A stretch of 64,000 nt of DNA from Eledone cirrhosa (GCA_964016885.1 OZ024741.1:333064001-333128000), one strand, 5' to 3'. Shown: positions 38,446-53,155, counted from the first letter of the stretch. Program-made: numbers and translations. The notes: generated by a model from the sequence alone, not told the origin.

Positions 38446-39115
38446 GTAACCCTTTTGTCACCATATTTCTGAAGAAAGATGTTGCCTATGTCAGTAACCC
38501 TTTCATTGCCATATTTCTAACGAAAGACACTGTCTATATAAGTAACCATTTCATTACCATATTTCTGATGAAAGACACTGTCTATGTCATTAACCCTTTC
38601 ATTACCATATTTCTGATGAAAGACACTGTCTATGTCATTAACCATTTCATTACCATATTTCTGATGAAAGACACTGTCTATGTCATTAACCATTTCATTA
38701 CCATATTTCTGATGAAAGACAGTCTATGTCATTAACCATTTCATTACCATATTTCTGATGAAAGACACTGTCTATGTCATTAACCCTTTCATTACCATAT
38801 TTCTGATGAAAGACACTGTCTATGTCATTAACCATTTCATTACCATATTTCTGATGAAAGACACTGTCTATGTCATTAACCATTTCATTACCATATTTCT
38901 GATGAAAGACACTGTCTATGTCATTAACCATTTCATTACCATATTTCTAATGATAGACACTCTCTATGTATTTAATCCTTTCATCATCATATTTCTAATG
39001 AAAGACACTACCTATGTCATTAATCCTTTCATTACCATATTTCTAATGAAAGACACTACCTATGTCATTAGCCCTTTCATTACATTATTTCTAATGAAAG
39101 ACAATACTTATGTGT
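38446..39115. repeat. 48-bp minisatellite, about 14 copies
   Basis: Unit TTAACCATTTCATTACCATATTTCTGATGAAAGACACTGTCTATGTCA; homogeneous centre, diverged edges. Confidence 0.92.
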
Positions 39116-40295
39116 CAACTATTTTGAATTTGGAAGAATTTAGTAATATAATTTAACTTTCTCACTGTCTATCTGGTGTTTAGAGCATAACTTAACATAA
39201 GACACATAAAATTATAATGAGTATGTTTAGATAAATATATAATTCTTTCATTTCCGTATTTCTAATGAAATATGGTGTAGCAAATATATTTGAAAATATT
39301 GGAAGGATTTAGTAATATAACTTAATTTTCTCATTATTTATTCCGTGTTTGGAGCATGACTTAATGAAATATTCTTACATAAAATTATGATGGAAGGTTT
39401 TTAGATAAATATAAACAATTTAACACTTTCATTACAATATTTCTAATAAAATCACATTGCCTGCCTGTGTGTTTCAAATAATTTTGAAATAATCAAGAAT
39501 TTGGAAAGATTTAGCAATTTAACTTAACTTTTTAATTATTTATCTGATTTTTGGTGTATAGCTTAACAGAGGATTCTTACATAAAGATGAACGATTTTAA
39601 ATATAAGCACTTTAAAATACAGTACTGTATCATTGAATTAGAGACAGTTTCAGGTAATTTAGTATCAAAAGAATTTCAGTCACTTAAATTCTGATTGCTG
39701 TTGTTGTTATTGTTGTTATTCCTGTTGTTTTTGTTGTTATTTAGTGTAAAAGCAGCTCTGATAGAACAATACTATGACCAGAGGCCTTCTAATCAAGACC
39801 ATCTATTTTATGACTACATTGCCTAATGTTAAAAGTCAAAGTCTGCCCCAATCCCAATCATCAGATTGGAGCTTATCCTGTTGTCATTGGTATTAAGGGA
39901 CAGAGTACAAAACATTCCCTATGGATAGGATGCCAGTCCCTCAGAGAGTTAACCCTAAACTGTTACTGGAGTGACATGGAGGACACACTGCCTTATAACA
40001 ATGAACCCAATGCTCTGAACAGTCATCTGTGCACTTTCCACATTGTTCCTTCCTTATTTTAAACAGTAGTGTGTCATTTGTGGGCAGTGGGCAGGAGATT
40101 TGGCTGTTATTTCTAGCTGGTTGAGTTACTACATAGAGATTTCCTATATATTTTACACATTGAATAAAATTTAGTAAACTTAGATATTTGCTCAGGAATT
40201 GCTAGAACAAGTGTTTCAGTTTTTTTTTTTAGATATAGAAGAATCCTTTAGTTGTGTCAAGGACATGACAACCTCGTTAGTGTTGGTGAGATAGG

Positions 40296-40460
40296 CACAG
40301 GTATAGCTGTATGGTTAAGAGATTCACTTTACAACCTTGTGTGTGGCTTTGGGTTTAGTCCATCTGTGTAGTACTTTAGACAAGAGTCTTCTACTACAAT
40401 GGCCTTGGGTTGACCAATGCCTTGTGGAATTTGGTAGATAGAAATTGTAGAAGCCCATTT
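40296..40460 (+). mobile_element. Old tRNA-derived SINE (type 3)
   Basis: Degenerate A-box TAGCTGTATGG; body related to 27010-27128 (GGAATTTGGTAGA). Confidence 0.55.
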
Positions 40461-40899
40461 TATACATCATCATCAGCATCCTCATTCTCATTATTATCAC
40501 CATGAGCACCACAACCACCACTACCACTACCACTACCACCATCACCACCAACATCACCCTTTTAAGTTTATTTTTCCATGCATGTGTAGGTAAGATATAC
40601 ACATATATATTGTACATGTGATATGTTGCAATTTCCATAATTTTTGGCAATGTTTTTTCTGGCTGGATGCCTTTCCTATCACCAATCACTTCAAAGCACG
40701 TATTTTATTGTGCCACCAGCACAAGAGGGGTTGACTAGAAGAACTTAAGGGTCTTTTCTATCCTGTATCAGTTTTTATTCAGAGTGACTGCTCTCCTAGA
40801 CATGCTGCCCTTCATTACAGCTTGTGTGTTTGTGTGTTTACATTTATGTTTCTGTCTGTGTATATATGTCCTGTAACTTAGCAGTTTGAACAAAAGAGA

Positions 40900-41410
40900 T
40901 AGATAAAATAGATACCCACACTGGGGTGGGTTGGGGGTGATATGATTGCCCAAATCAATGTGATACTTCAGCATGGCCGCAGTAATCTAATGACTGAACC
41001 AAAGCCAGTAAAAGAATGAAAGAAAGCAGCAGCAAGAATGGGTGGGAGGTGTCAATATGATTGACCAAATCAATAAGGTGCCCCGGAAAGGCCACGGCAG
41101 CAATTTAATGATTGAGCTGCAACCAGTAAAAGAACAAAAGAAAGTAGCAAGAATAATGGGGTGAAGGGGGGGGGGGGCAATATGATTGACCAAATCAATG
41201 AGGTGTCCCAGCATGGACACGGCAGCAATCTAATGACTGAGCTGCAGCCAGTAAAAGAATGAAAGAAAGAAGCAAGAATAGAGGGGTGAAGGGGCATAGA
41301 GTGGTCAAAATGAGTGACCGAATCAATGTGGTGCCCCAGAATGGCCAAGGCAACAGTCTAATGACTGAGCTGTAGCCAGTAAATGAATGAAAGAAAGAAG
41401 CAACGACATA
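40900..41410 (+). repeat. Four tandem ~120-bp copies of a SINE-like 3' segment
   Basis: CAGCATGGCC..TAATGACTGA..CCAGTAAAAGAA repeated four times; a single related copy at about 25368-25425. Confidence 0.65.
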
Positions 41411-41892
41411 ATAAAACAGAACAGATATATTGATGTAACCATATAGACTGAAATGGAAATTTGTCAGCAGAGGATGATTACCTTTAATATGACTCCAAGC
41501 CTTCTAGATTGATGAATTAATATAAGTGGATAAAGAGTCTATTGAAAATGTTGGAAGTACCAAATTGATTGACAACACAGCAGAATATTAAGTGGGAATT
41601 GAAGAATATTTGAGTGTTTAATTAATGACTTTGCCCCCAAACCATCTTTATATCATTGTTCTACCCAGTAACAGTAGCAAATTGTATAGCCACAAGCCGA
41701 GAGTAGTGTATCTAGGTGGTTGTTTGAGTTGCTAGAAATAATAGCCAAGCCTCCCTCACCTTGCTGGTATGATTGACAACATAGCTCAATAATGTATGTT
41801 TGTATGTATGTATGTATGTATGGATGGAACCAATCCCGCCCCCCTGTAAAACGCCTGATGAAGTTGTATGGGAAGGGCACCATAGTAACATA

Positions 41893-42207
41893 TAAACCCA
41901 TCCCCTCCGCAACTACTAACCCATCCCCTCTCCATGTCACAACCTATCCCATCCCCAAGTCCCAACCTCTTCGCTCAGTTCACAACTCATCCCTTCCCCA
42001 GATCACAAATCATCCCCTCCCCAGATCACAACCCATCTCCTCCCCAGGTCACAACCCATCCCTACCCCAGCACACAACCCATCCCTACCCCAGCTCACAA
42101 CCCATCCCCTCTCCCCAGCTCACAACCCATCTCCTCCCCAGGTCACAACCCACCCTCCCAGGTCACAACTCCTCCGCTCCCCAAGTCACAACCCATCCCC
42201 TCTCCAG
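41893..42207. repeat. About 23-bp C-rich minisatellite
   Basis: TCACAACCCATCCCCTCCCCAG-like units. Confidence 0.8.
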
Positions 42208-42224
42208 TTCAGAACTTAGAAATC

Positions 42225-43350
42225 AATACTTGATTGGTACTTTACTTTACTGACGCTGGAACCATTGAACTTGGTAGGATGTGAACTCAGAACATAAAGA
42301 GTCAGAACAAATAACATTTCACAGCATGTTGTCTGATACTCTGCAGGTACTGCTAATCCACCAGCCAATAATGATAATAATTATTTCTGCTTTTGGCACA
42401 AGGCCAGCAATTATCTCAGTGCATTACTGGTACTTTATTTCATCGACCCCGTAGGGATGAAAGGCAAAGTTAACCTCGGCGGAATTTGAACTCAGACCAC
42501 AAAGGGCCATAACTCTTTGCTGCAAAGCATGGCACCTGACCCTCTACCGATACTGCCAATCCACCGCCAATAATGATAATAATGATAATAATAATGGTTT
42601 CTAATTTAGGCACAAGGCCAATATGTGAAAGTTGACTAAAACACTCCAGTACATGACTGGTACTTTATTCTATTGACCCCCATAAGGATGAAAGGCAAAG
42701 CTAACCTTGGCAGGATTTGAACTCACAATGTAAAGTTCCATAACTCTATGTCACAAAGCATGGTGCCAATCTGCCTCGCTTCCCTTAGTAATAATGATTT
42801 CTACTATAGGCACAAGACCAGTAATTTGGGGGTAGGGGAAGTCGATTAAATCGACTCCAGTGCGTGACTGGTACTTTATTTTATCGACCCCATAAGGATG
42901 AAAGGCAAAGTTAACCTCGGCGGGATTTGAACTCAGACCGTAAAGGAGTGTAACTCTATGTCACAAAGCATGTTGTCCAACACTACCATTACTGCCAATC
43001 TGCTTCCCTTCCCTTAGTAATAATAATAAGTATAATTCAAAGGAAGCTTCTCACAATAATAATTAATTATAATAATAGTTTCCAATTTAGACACAAGGCC
43101 AGTAATTTCCAGACCATGGAAGGATGAATGGCAAACTTGAATTTGGTGGAATTTGAAATGAGAATATAAAGTGCCAGAAAAAATACCACAATGCCAAATT
43201 GTCTGACAGTTTCAAATTTAGGCTTAGAGCCATAAATTTTTTGAGGAGGTGAAAATTGATAAAGCAAACCCGCGATTTGACTGGTACTATACTTTATCAA
43301 TCTTGAAAGAATAAATTGCATAGTTGGCCTCAGCAGGATTTGAACTCAAA
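42225..43350 (-). mobile_element. Head-to-tail cluster of at least five type 1 SINE copies of different ages
   Basis: Repeated ACTGGTACTTTATTT..GGATGAAAGGCAAAG..GATTTGAACTC, all on the minus strand. Confidence 0.85.
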
Positions 43351-43432
43351 ATAAATACCAGAAAGCATCTTATACACCATTATAACAGATCTGCCACTTA
43401 ACAAAAATGCTACTGTATTTTATCTCGTGTAG

Positions 43433-43770
43433 GTACATGGCTTAGTAGTTAGAGCATTGGGCTTTCAATTGTGATGTTGTGAGTCCGATTCTCAGACCAG
43501 TTGATGCATTGTATCCTTGAACAAGTCACTTTATTTCATGTTGCTTCTGTTTACTGAGCTGCAGAAATGAATTGCAACATCACTGGGGCCATGCTGTATT
43601 GGCTTTTGCCTTTCCCTTGGACAACATTGGTGGTGTGGAGAAGGGATGCTGGTATGCATGGGTAATTGCTGGTCATCATCCACAAACAACCTTGCCAGGA
43701 TTTGCACCTCAGAGGAGAGCTTTCTAGGTGCAAATCCCATTGTCATTTGTGACCAAAGGGTCTTTATCCT
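43433..43770 (+). mobile_element. Type 2-headed SINE with a different 3' part
   Basis: Same tRNA head and central block as 21742; sequence diverges after GAAATGA. Confidence 0.65.
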
Positions 43771-44639
43771 TTTATTTTATGTCATATTTCTAAAGAAAGA
43801 CATTAGATTAGCTATGGTTATATTTAGAAATAGTCATGTTGCCAATTTTGCCAATAAAACACACACTCTATTTGACTTTCACTTCAACTCTATTATTATT
43901 AGTTACTGGTTAGTTTGTCAAAAGTTTTCCGTCACACATTCTGTGACCTCGTCAATGACTATTTGTTCTTCTTATCGTCTGTGTCTTCTCTTCTTTCTGG
44001 TCTTATTTTCACAGAAAGACATGATTATTAACAAAGATTTTTACATAAAAATTATGATGGAAGGTTTTTAGATAAATATGTTGCGATATTTCGATTGAAA
44101 GACACTACCTATGATGTTCAAATAATTTTGAAAACACTGAAGAATTTGGGGGTGTTTAGTAGTTAGAAAATTGGATTTGTAATCGTGGGTTTGTGAGTTC
44201 AATTCCTGGACCGAGCAATGCATTATGTCGTTCAGCAAGACACTATTTCATGCTGCTCTTTCTGCCAGGAGATGCAACCAGTAGATAATATCATCAATGG
44301 AAAGACCAATGGAAACATTGTTTCTTTGGTCCAATTTAATGAGTTCCACCCCACTCTGAAGGCGAATGAGGTATGGGATCTTGTCTATTGATTCCTATAG
44401 TAGTATAACTTTAATGATGCTATTTAGTACTAGGGTAGGTAATGAAAGACATTCCAGTCCTGACCACCTCATTTTTTGGGAAGTATCTAGGACAACATTG
44501 TCTAACATGTTCCTCCTCTTGTATGTAGTTGTAGGAATTGAGGAAGATTTGCCTTTATCAAACAGATTGAGTAACCATATTTTCTGGAAGGGTTCTTATG
44601 GGTAGTTATGTTGATGAGGCTGTTTACATTATCATGTTT

Positions 44640-46234
44640 CATTATCGTTTTCACCATCATCTTCGTCATCATTGACAATATTATATCATTATCACTGTTA
44701 CTGTCATCTTTGGCATCATTATCATCATTGTCATCATTATCATCATTATTGTTGTCACTATCATCATCATTGTTATCATCAATATCATCACCATTATTAT
44801 ATTTATCATCATCACAATCATCATCGTCATCCTTATCATGATCATCCGCATCATCACAATCACCATCATCATCCCAATCATCATCGTCATCCTTATCATG
44901 ATCATCATCATCATCACAATCACCATCATCATCCCAATCATCATCGTCATCCTTATCATGATCATCATCATCATCACAATCATCACCATCATCACAATCA
45001 TCATCACAATCATCATCGCCATCCCTATCATGACCATCACCATCATCACAATCATCACCATCATCACAATCATCATCGCCATCCCTATCATGACCATCAC
45101 CATCATCACGATCATCATCGTCACAATCACAATCATCATCATTACAATCATCATCATCATCACAATCTCAATCATCCTCATCATTCCTACCATGACCATC
45201 ACCATCATCAAAATCATCATCGTCACAATCACAATTATCATCATCGTCATCACAATATCACAATCATCATTGTCATCCTTATCATAATCATGATCATCAT
45301 CACAATCATCATTACAATCCTTATCATGACCATCACCATCATCACAATCATCATTACAATCCTTATCATGACCATCACCATCATCACAATCATCATTACA
45401 ATCCTTATCATGACCATCACCATCATCACAATCATCACCATCATCACAATCATCATTGCCATCCCTATCATGACCATCACCATCATCACAATCATCACCA
45501 TCATCACAATCATCATTGCCATCCCTATCATGACCATCACCATCATCACAATCATCATTGCCATCCCTATCATGACCATCACCATCATCACAATCATCAC
45601 CATCATCACAATCATCATTGCCATCCCTATCATGACCATCACCATCATCACAATCATCATTGCCATCCCTATCATGACCATCACCATCATCACAATCATC
45701 ATTACCATTCCTATCATGACCATCACCATCATCATTGCCATCCCTATCATGACCATCACCATCATCACAATCATCATTGCCATCCCTATCATGACCATCA
45801 CCATCATCATTGCCATCCCTATCATGACCATCACAATCATCATTGCCATCCCTATCATGACCATCACCATCATCACAATCATCATTGCCATCCCTATCAT
45901 GACCATCACCATCATCACAATCATCATTACCATTCCTATCATGACCATCACCATCATCATTGCCATCCCTATCATGACCATCACCATCATCACAATCATC
46001 ATTGCCATCCCTATCATGACCATCACCATCATCATTGCCATCCCTATCATGACCATCACAATCATCATTGCCATCCCTATCATGACCATCACCATCATCA
46101 CAATCATCATTGCCATTCCTATCATGACCATCACCATCATCATTGCCATCCCTATCATGACCATCACCATCATCATTGCCATCCCTATCATGACCATCAC
46201 CATCATCACAATCATCACCATCATCACAATCATG

Positions 46235-46275
<41 letters not shown>

Positions 46276-46300
46276 TGTCATGACCAACACCATCAACATC
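44640..46300. repeat. (CAT/CAC)n-derived compound repeat with higher-order units
   Basis: Recurring ATTGCCATCCCTATCATGACCATCACC blocks with variable CAT counts. Confidence 0.92.
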
Positions 46301-46682
46301 ATCCTTTCAGCGCCATCCTTGAATTGGATTGAGATACAGAGTTGCCATCCTCTTTGCTCCCCCCCCCCACCACCACTCATCCACAAATGCACATCTACAT
46401 TCAACTGTAGACTTAACCCCTTTCTTCCTCTTCCCACTACACCAACCAACCACCCCAATGTGGTTTAGCCTTAGTCACTGCCTATTAAACAAGAGTAGAC
46501 AGATGGCTGAGAGGAACAAATATACAAACACTATGTATGCTAATTTTGTCCTCCACACATAGGCATACATACCTCCACAATTGTTATCACTGTGATGTGT
46601 GCAACGGATGTATGCATGTGTCTTTGTTAAGTGCGTTTATGGTAAATATATTGAAATAAAGGGAGATAAATATGTATGCATA

Positions 46683-46741
<59 letters not shown>

Positions 46742-46753
46742 TATAATATATAT

Positions 46754-46821
<68 letters not shown>

Positions 46822-46926
46822 TATATATATATATATATTTATAATAATATTTATATACACATATATATATTTATATATATATATATGTGTACATATATTT
46901 ATAATATATATATAGTTATATATATA

Positions 46927-46991
<65 letters not shown>

Positions 46992-47082
46992 TTATATATA
47001 TATACATATATATTTACATATATGTATATATTTGTATAAATACATATATATGTATATATACATATATATGTATAAATACATA

Positions 47083-47113
<31 letters not shown>

Positions 47114-47154
47114 TCATATATATGTATATATTTATATATATACATACATATGTA

Positions 47155-47194
<40 letters not shown>

Positions 47195-47502
47195 GAGTGT
47201 GTGTATGTGTGACAGCATTATCATCATTTTATGAGTATGCTTGCATATATATGTATGTTTATGTATGTGTGTTTAGCTAACAATTTATTATTATCTACTC
47301 ATGTGAGTGCACGTATATACAGATTTATATACTTACACATATTCACACACACATGCATATATATGATATATACACATACATCTATATATATACATACATC
47401 TCTCTCTATATATATATATATATCATCATCAATATCATCATCGTCATCATTTAACGTCCATTTTCCACGCATGCATGGGCTATATATATGAGTGCATGTG
47501 TC

Positions 47503-47533
<31 letters not shown>

Positions 47534-48208
47534 GCATATATATATATATATAAAATGAACGTTAAACACACACACATATATATGTGTGTGTGTGTGCGTT
47601 TGTAAATATAAGTGAAAATGTTGGGAAGAAAGGAAAGGTATATATAGTTTGATATATATTGCTGTGGAAAATGTGCTGGTGGTGAGTGGTGGTGGTGATG
47701 TTGTGGCAGTGATGTGGTGGTGGTAGTATATTGGGAGCGGGAGAGAGAAAGACAGAAAGAGAGAAAGAGTGATGATTAGAAGGAAAAGGCAATGATTGTT
47801 TTTATGAGTCAATGTAATGTTGTCTTAAATTTTAATTTTCTCTTCTGCTTAATGATTAGGAAAAGTTAATGGAATGTATAAAAGCTTTGCTTATACATTT
47901 GTAGATTTTTCGGGGGATATCACGTTCATCTGCAGATATAAAATTGCAGAAAATTTGGCAGAGAAAATCTAGCTGATGTTTTCTACTTGTTTGTTATTTT
48001 AATTGGCTTCTGGAAAAACTAATTTAGATTGCTTCTGATTGTCTTTCAATTGATATTCTAGAGCTCTGTTGCCTTACATACACTTTCACATTCACATATG
48101 TTTCTCTGTATTTAGCTAGCTAACAAAGGCTAGCTACTTCGAGATTGCTTATAGATACAATAGAAAAATGCACATGTGTATCTATCTATCTACATCTATA
48201 TATATATA

Positions 48209-48276
<68 letters not shown>

Positions 48277-48505
48277 TATATTTTCTATGTTTTATATATT
48301 TAATGTTGTAATATATGTATATGTTATGTATTATGCTATATGCCATAAGCATTTTCTGTTGCTATGTCAATAAATATATGTACACACATATATATATATA
48401 CATATATATATATGTTTGTATATTTGGTCTATACATTTTCGTGTTGCAAAATATGCATTTACATACATACAGTTATATATATATATATATTATATTTAAA
48501 TGTGA

Positions 48506-48543
<38 letters not shown>

Positions 48544-48765
48544 TGAGTGTGTGTATGCATATATGCATATATATTATGTAAGATATATGGTATGTTGCTA
48601 TATATATGTATATGTTATGTACATTTCATAATGATGTGTGTGTGTGCAGATATATGTATATATATCTCTCTATGTGTGTCTGTAATTAGTATTTACAACC
48701 GTACTTATGTATATATCATCATCATCATCAATTTTACGTCCGCTTTTCTGGGTTACATGGGTTGG

Positions 48766-48805
<40 letters not shown>

Positions 48806-49007
48806 TAAGGGTACTATTTATGGTTATGTATGCAATAAAACCTTTAATGGTAATATATTATATATACAAACCCTAAATAGTGAAAGATAGTCATTAATTA
48901 CTATCCTATTACCAGTAAGATAAATAGCTCAATGTAATAACATCAGTTGTTTTACAGAGCAGTTATATAGAGATTACAATAATCAAAGTTTAGTTTAAGT
49001 CATTTAT

Positions 49008-49056
49008 TTGCTTACAATTGTTTCCTCCAAACCGAGGTTTGGATTCTTCGGAGCAA
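49008..49056 (-). ncRNA. Type I hammerhead, U4C core variant
   Basis: Exact reverse complement of 49978-50026. Confidence 0.75.
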
Positions 49057-49977
49057 CTATTTACTGATCTATAACATACTTGACCTCCTTTTCAACCCAA
49101 GAGACATATAAAACATATGCGCATATTGATCAACAGTGGGGTGACATTCATCAAATGATATAGCATGGCAATTTACATATAAAGGTTACAGGATAAAAAT
49201 AAAAATAAAATAAAAACAAGAATGAAAATAAAGATAAACATGAAGCGTTGGCAGTCTATGAAGATAAAGCAAGAGGAAAGTTTAGAGTAGTCAGTGTATG
49301 AAACAATCTCACGTGTAGCATGCACGCGTGTCTTATTTATACATGATTAGAGTGCGTCAGAATGATATTTGCAGGGTCAGGCAGTTGAAGCAGGCAATCG
49401 ATCTTATTATGTGGGCTGAATTATTAAGTCATTTATTCTCATACATCTGTATGATATACAGTCTCGGATGCAGGGAAACACCAAAATATCAAAAACTTTC
49501 AACATACTATAAACCTTATTGTATCGTAGGCAAAGCCGTACCACTGTCTTCGCTCACACCACCACTCACATAATCCATGAGACGCAATATATATAGAGAA
49601 CACGTGTCTATCGTATAATTCGCGATGGTTCAGCATATAATCAAGCTATAAACCGTATCCAGTCGGTTCTTAATTAATAGATCATGCTGTCCAGATTTCT
49701 GACGCACTCTAATCATATATAAATAAGACACGCGTGTTTCATACACTGACTACTCTAAACTTTCCTCTTGCTTTATCTTCATAGACTGCCAACGCTTCAT
49801 GTTTATCTTTATTTTCATTCTTGTTTTTATTTTATTTTTATCCTGTAACCTTTATATGTAAATTGCCATGCTATATCATTTGATGAATGTCACCCCACTG
49901 TTGATCAATATGCGCATATGTTTTATGTGTCTCTTGGGTTGAAAAGGAGGTCAGGTATGTTATAGATCAGTAAATAG

Positions 49978-50026
49978 TTGCTCCGAAGAATCCAAACCTC
50001 GGTTTGGAGGAAACAATTGTAAGCAA
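49978..50026 (+). ncRNA. Type I hammerhead, U4C core variant
   Basis: ttgct-CCGAAGA-a-tccaaacc-tc-ggtttgga-g-GAAA-caattg-TA-agcaa; perfect stems I and II, palindromic stem III, then AATAAA. Confidence 0.75.
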
Positions 50027-50101
50027 ATAAATGACTTAAACTGAACTTTGATTATTGTAATCTCTCTATATATATGTATATATATATATATATGTATATA
50101 T

Positions 50102-50630
50102 ACTAGCAGAAGTACCCAGCGTTCCCTGGGTAGGTAAAATAATAACTGCTTTGAAGAAAAGGTGTTGATCTTAGCGACTGCTTCTCGATGTCTCATCTAT
50201 GGCCACACACAGGCCATGCGGGGCAGGGTGGCGATGACCTCTATCACTGAGAAGCGCCGGTGACTGACGAAGGGGAATGCTGGGGGAGGGAGGTAATGAC
50301 CTCTAGCACTAAGCCAAATTTCCGCATGCTACTTGATTGGAAACCGATGAATTCTCAAATACACAACTAAAAGCTCAGACGACGTCAGTGGCCATCGTTT
50401 TGCCTTTGACCATCTATAAGATGTGCAAAGATAGGTTCTATCGTAGTATAAAAGTTGAACCAAATAAATTGATTTATGTGTGAGGTGGAACCGAAGTTTC
50501 AAATTTGAACGAAATCGGTTGAAAAATGTGGGAGCTAGAACCGAAAAGGCGGAAATTTGAGGGAAAGGTTGTAATTTTGAATATTTAAGCGGCTGCCACG
50601 CCGTTCCTGAACAACAAAGGCAAAATATAT
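50102..50630 (-). mobile_element. Non-autonomous Helitron-like element (3' terminus at ~50103; far boundary uncertain)
   Basis: Minus strand ends in the hairpin TACCCAG-GGAACG-CTGGGTA, 6 nt, then CTAG followed by T, matching the Helitron 3' signature. Confidence 0.6.
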
Positions 50631-50934
50631 GTGTGTGTGTCTGTGTGTATGCGTGTATACATATAATTAAATAAACGTATATAAATGAATACATATATAA
50701 CAAGCGCACACACATATATATATATATTAATATATATATTTTTATATATAATTTTATGTGTATTTGGTGTATACATTCGTATGCGTGCGGATACAGGCGT
50801 TGCGTGGGTTCTGTACGTGCGTGTATTTGTATACCTATGGCGAGTGTTTTCGCGTATGCTTGTGTATGTACGTATATGGATGCGTGTATGTATTTATTTA
50901 ATTTCGATTTCCTCTGTATTTTATTTACTTTATT

Positions 50935-51453
50935 CTTAACTCTGAACCCGAGAATCATTCGGTTTCCTGGTTAGAATTTTAGTCTACGACTTCAGTTATA
51001 CCTTTTACGTGGTTTTGTCTTTGCGTGCTATTGTTCTCTCCGTTCCACATATGACGTATTATCTTCGTTTTTTCCGTTCATTGCCAGAGAACGTCTCTAT
51101 GAACCACCTAATAGAATATTAGTCTACGACTTCTTTTATACCATAAACGTGGTTTTGTCTTTGCGTGTAATTGTTTTTCACCGCTCCAAATAATGACGTA
51201 TTATATTCGTTTTTTCCCGTTCTTTGCCAGGGCACGTTTCCACGAACCAAAGTATCCTCTTCCTGTCTTCCTCCGGTTGCAACGTTTTTCGAAATATTCA
51301 CTTCCGCGTTCACAGATTGATTTTGTTAGTTTCAGAAGATCCCGTTAAGGGGGAAAGCAGCGATTCTTTGCTTAACCTTTAATCTGTTATTCTAATAAAT
51401 ATTGGCTCTACGGTTCTTATATATTTATCCTTATCGAGCCCTCTTTGGATTAT

Positions 51454-51455
<2 letters not shown>
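50935..51455 (+). mobile_element. Pseudo-LTR-like repeat with partial tandem duplication and hammerhead-like motif (51328-51378)
   Basis: 51078-51400 matches 8676-8996; a ~140-bp internal segment is duplicated (50972 and 51112). Motif: agttt-CAGAAGA-tccc-gttaa-gggg-GAAA-gcag..ttgc-TT-aacct. Confidence 0.7.
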
Positions 51456-52034
<579 letters not shown>

Positions 52035-52085
52035 AGTATGTATACGTACGTACATATATGTATACAGACGTACAGTAGTATGTAT

Positions 52086-52156
<71 letters not shown>

Positions 52157-52363
52157 TATGTATACGTACATACATATATGTATACAGACGTACAGTAGTA
52201 TGTATATACATATACATACATGCACACATATATATATATATGTACGTATGGATTCACCGAACATTTATTATAATGCTCAGTGTGTTTGTAAACAAACATC
52301 CCGAATTAAGCTGTACAGTGTCTAGCAACCATCGTTGCTCATTTGTTTAACTCTGACAAAGGA

Positions 52364-52406
52364 ACGCTATACTAGTTTCAAGCTTATTAGCTATCGTCAG
52401 CAACGT
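52364..52406 (-). ncRNA. Type I hammerhead ribozyme
   Basis: acgttg-CTGACGA-tagctaataagctt-GAAA-ctag-TA-tagcgt. Confidence 0.82.
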
Positions 52407-52731
52407 ATACCTTCCTGCCAGATGATTGAACGTCTGAAAGTATATACTTTCCTTATGCATATTAACGGCTGAGCAGCCTAATTTGCATATCGAGTGAGAT
52501 AATCGGCCGGGGTACGTCTGTATACATATATGTATGTACGTATACATACTTATATTTAAGTAACAGCCGTACTAAGAGTGAGAAATGAAATTTCGTTTCA
52601 CTTTTTCCGTTTATCGTTTTCGGTACCCCGGCCGATTAACTCACTCGATATGCAAATTAGGCTGCTCAGCCGTTAATATGCATAAGGAAAGTATATACTT
52701 TCAGACGTTCAATCATTTGGCAAGAAGGTAT

Positions 52732-52774
52732 ACGTTGCTGACGATAGCTAATAAACTTGAAACTAGTACAGAGT
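52732..52774 (+). ncRNA. Type I hammerhead ribozyme
   Basis: acgttg-CTGACGA-tagctaataaactt-GAAA-ctag-TA-cagagt; one extra mismatch each in stems I and II. Confidence 0.8.
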
Positions 52775-53155
52775 TCCTTTGTCAGGGTTAACAAATGAGC
52801 AACTATGGTTGCTAGACACTGTACGGCTTAATTCGGGATGTTTGTTTACAAACACACCGAGCATTATAATAAATGTTCGGTGAATCGATACGTACATATA
52901 TATATGTGTGCATGTATGTATATATACATACTACTGTACGTCTGTATACATATATGTATGTACGTATTCATACTTATATATAACTAACAGCCGTACTAAG
53001 ATTGAGAAATGAAATTTCGTTTCATTTTTTCCGTTTATCGTTTTCGGTACCCCGGCCGATTAACTCACTCGATATGCAAATTAGGCTGCTCAGCCGTTAA
53101 TATGCATAAGGAAAGTATATACTTTCAGACGTTCAATCATCTGGCAGGAAGTTAT

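Larger units (their letters stand above)
48969..50064. repeat. Long inverted repeat (arms 48969-49362 and 49697-50064), each arm ending in a hammerhead
   Basis: Arms are near-identical reverse complements around a ~335-bp spacer. Confidence 0.9.

Noticed and set aside
38446-39115. Tandem hammerheads (CTGATGA in most 48-bp units)
   Set aside because: No GAAA after the small AGAC/GTCT stem and no stem I or III; the GAAA overlaps the core itself.
44672-46468. 598-aa His/Ile/Thr-rich ORF
   Set aside because: Product of a CAT-based repeat, open on both strands and changing composition at a frame slip.
48880-48955. Minus-strand CTGATGT..GATA hammerhead-like remnant
   Set aside because: Two core changes and no stem I.
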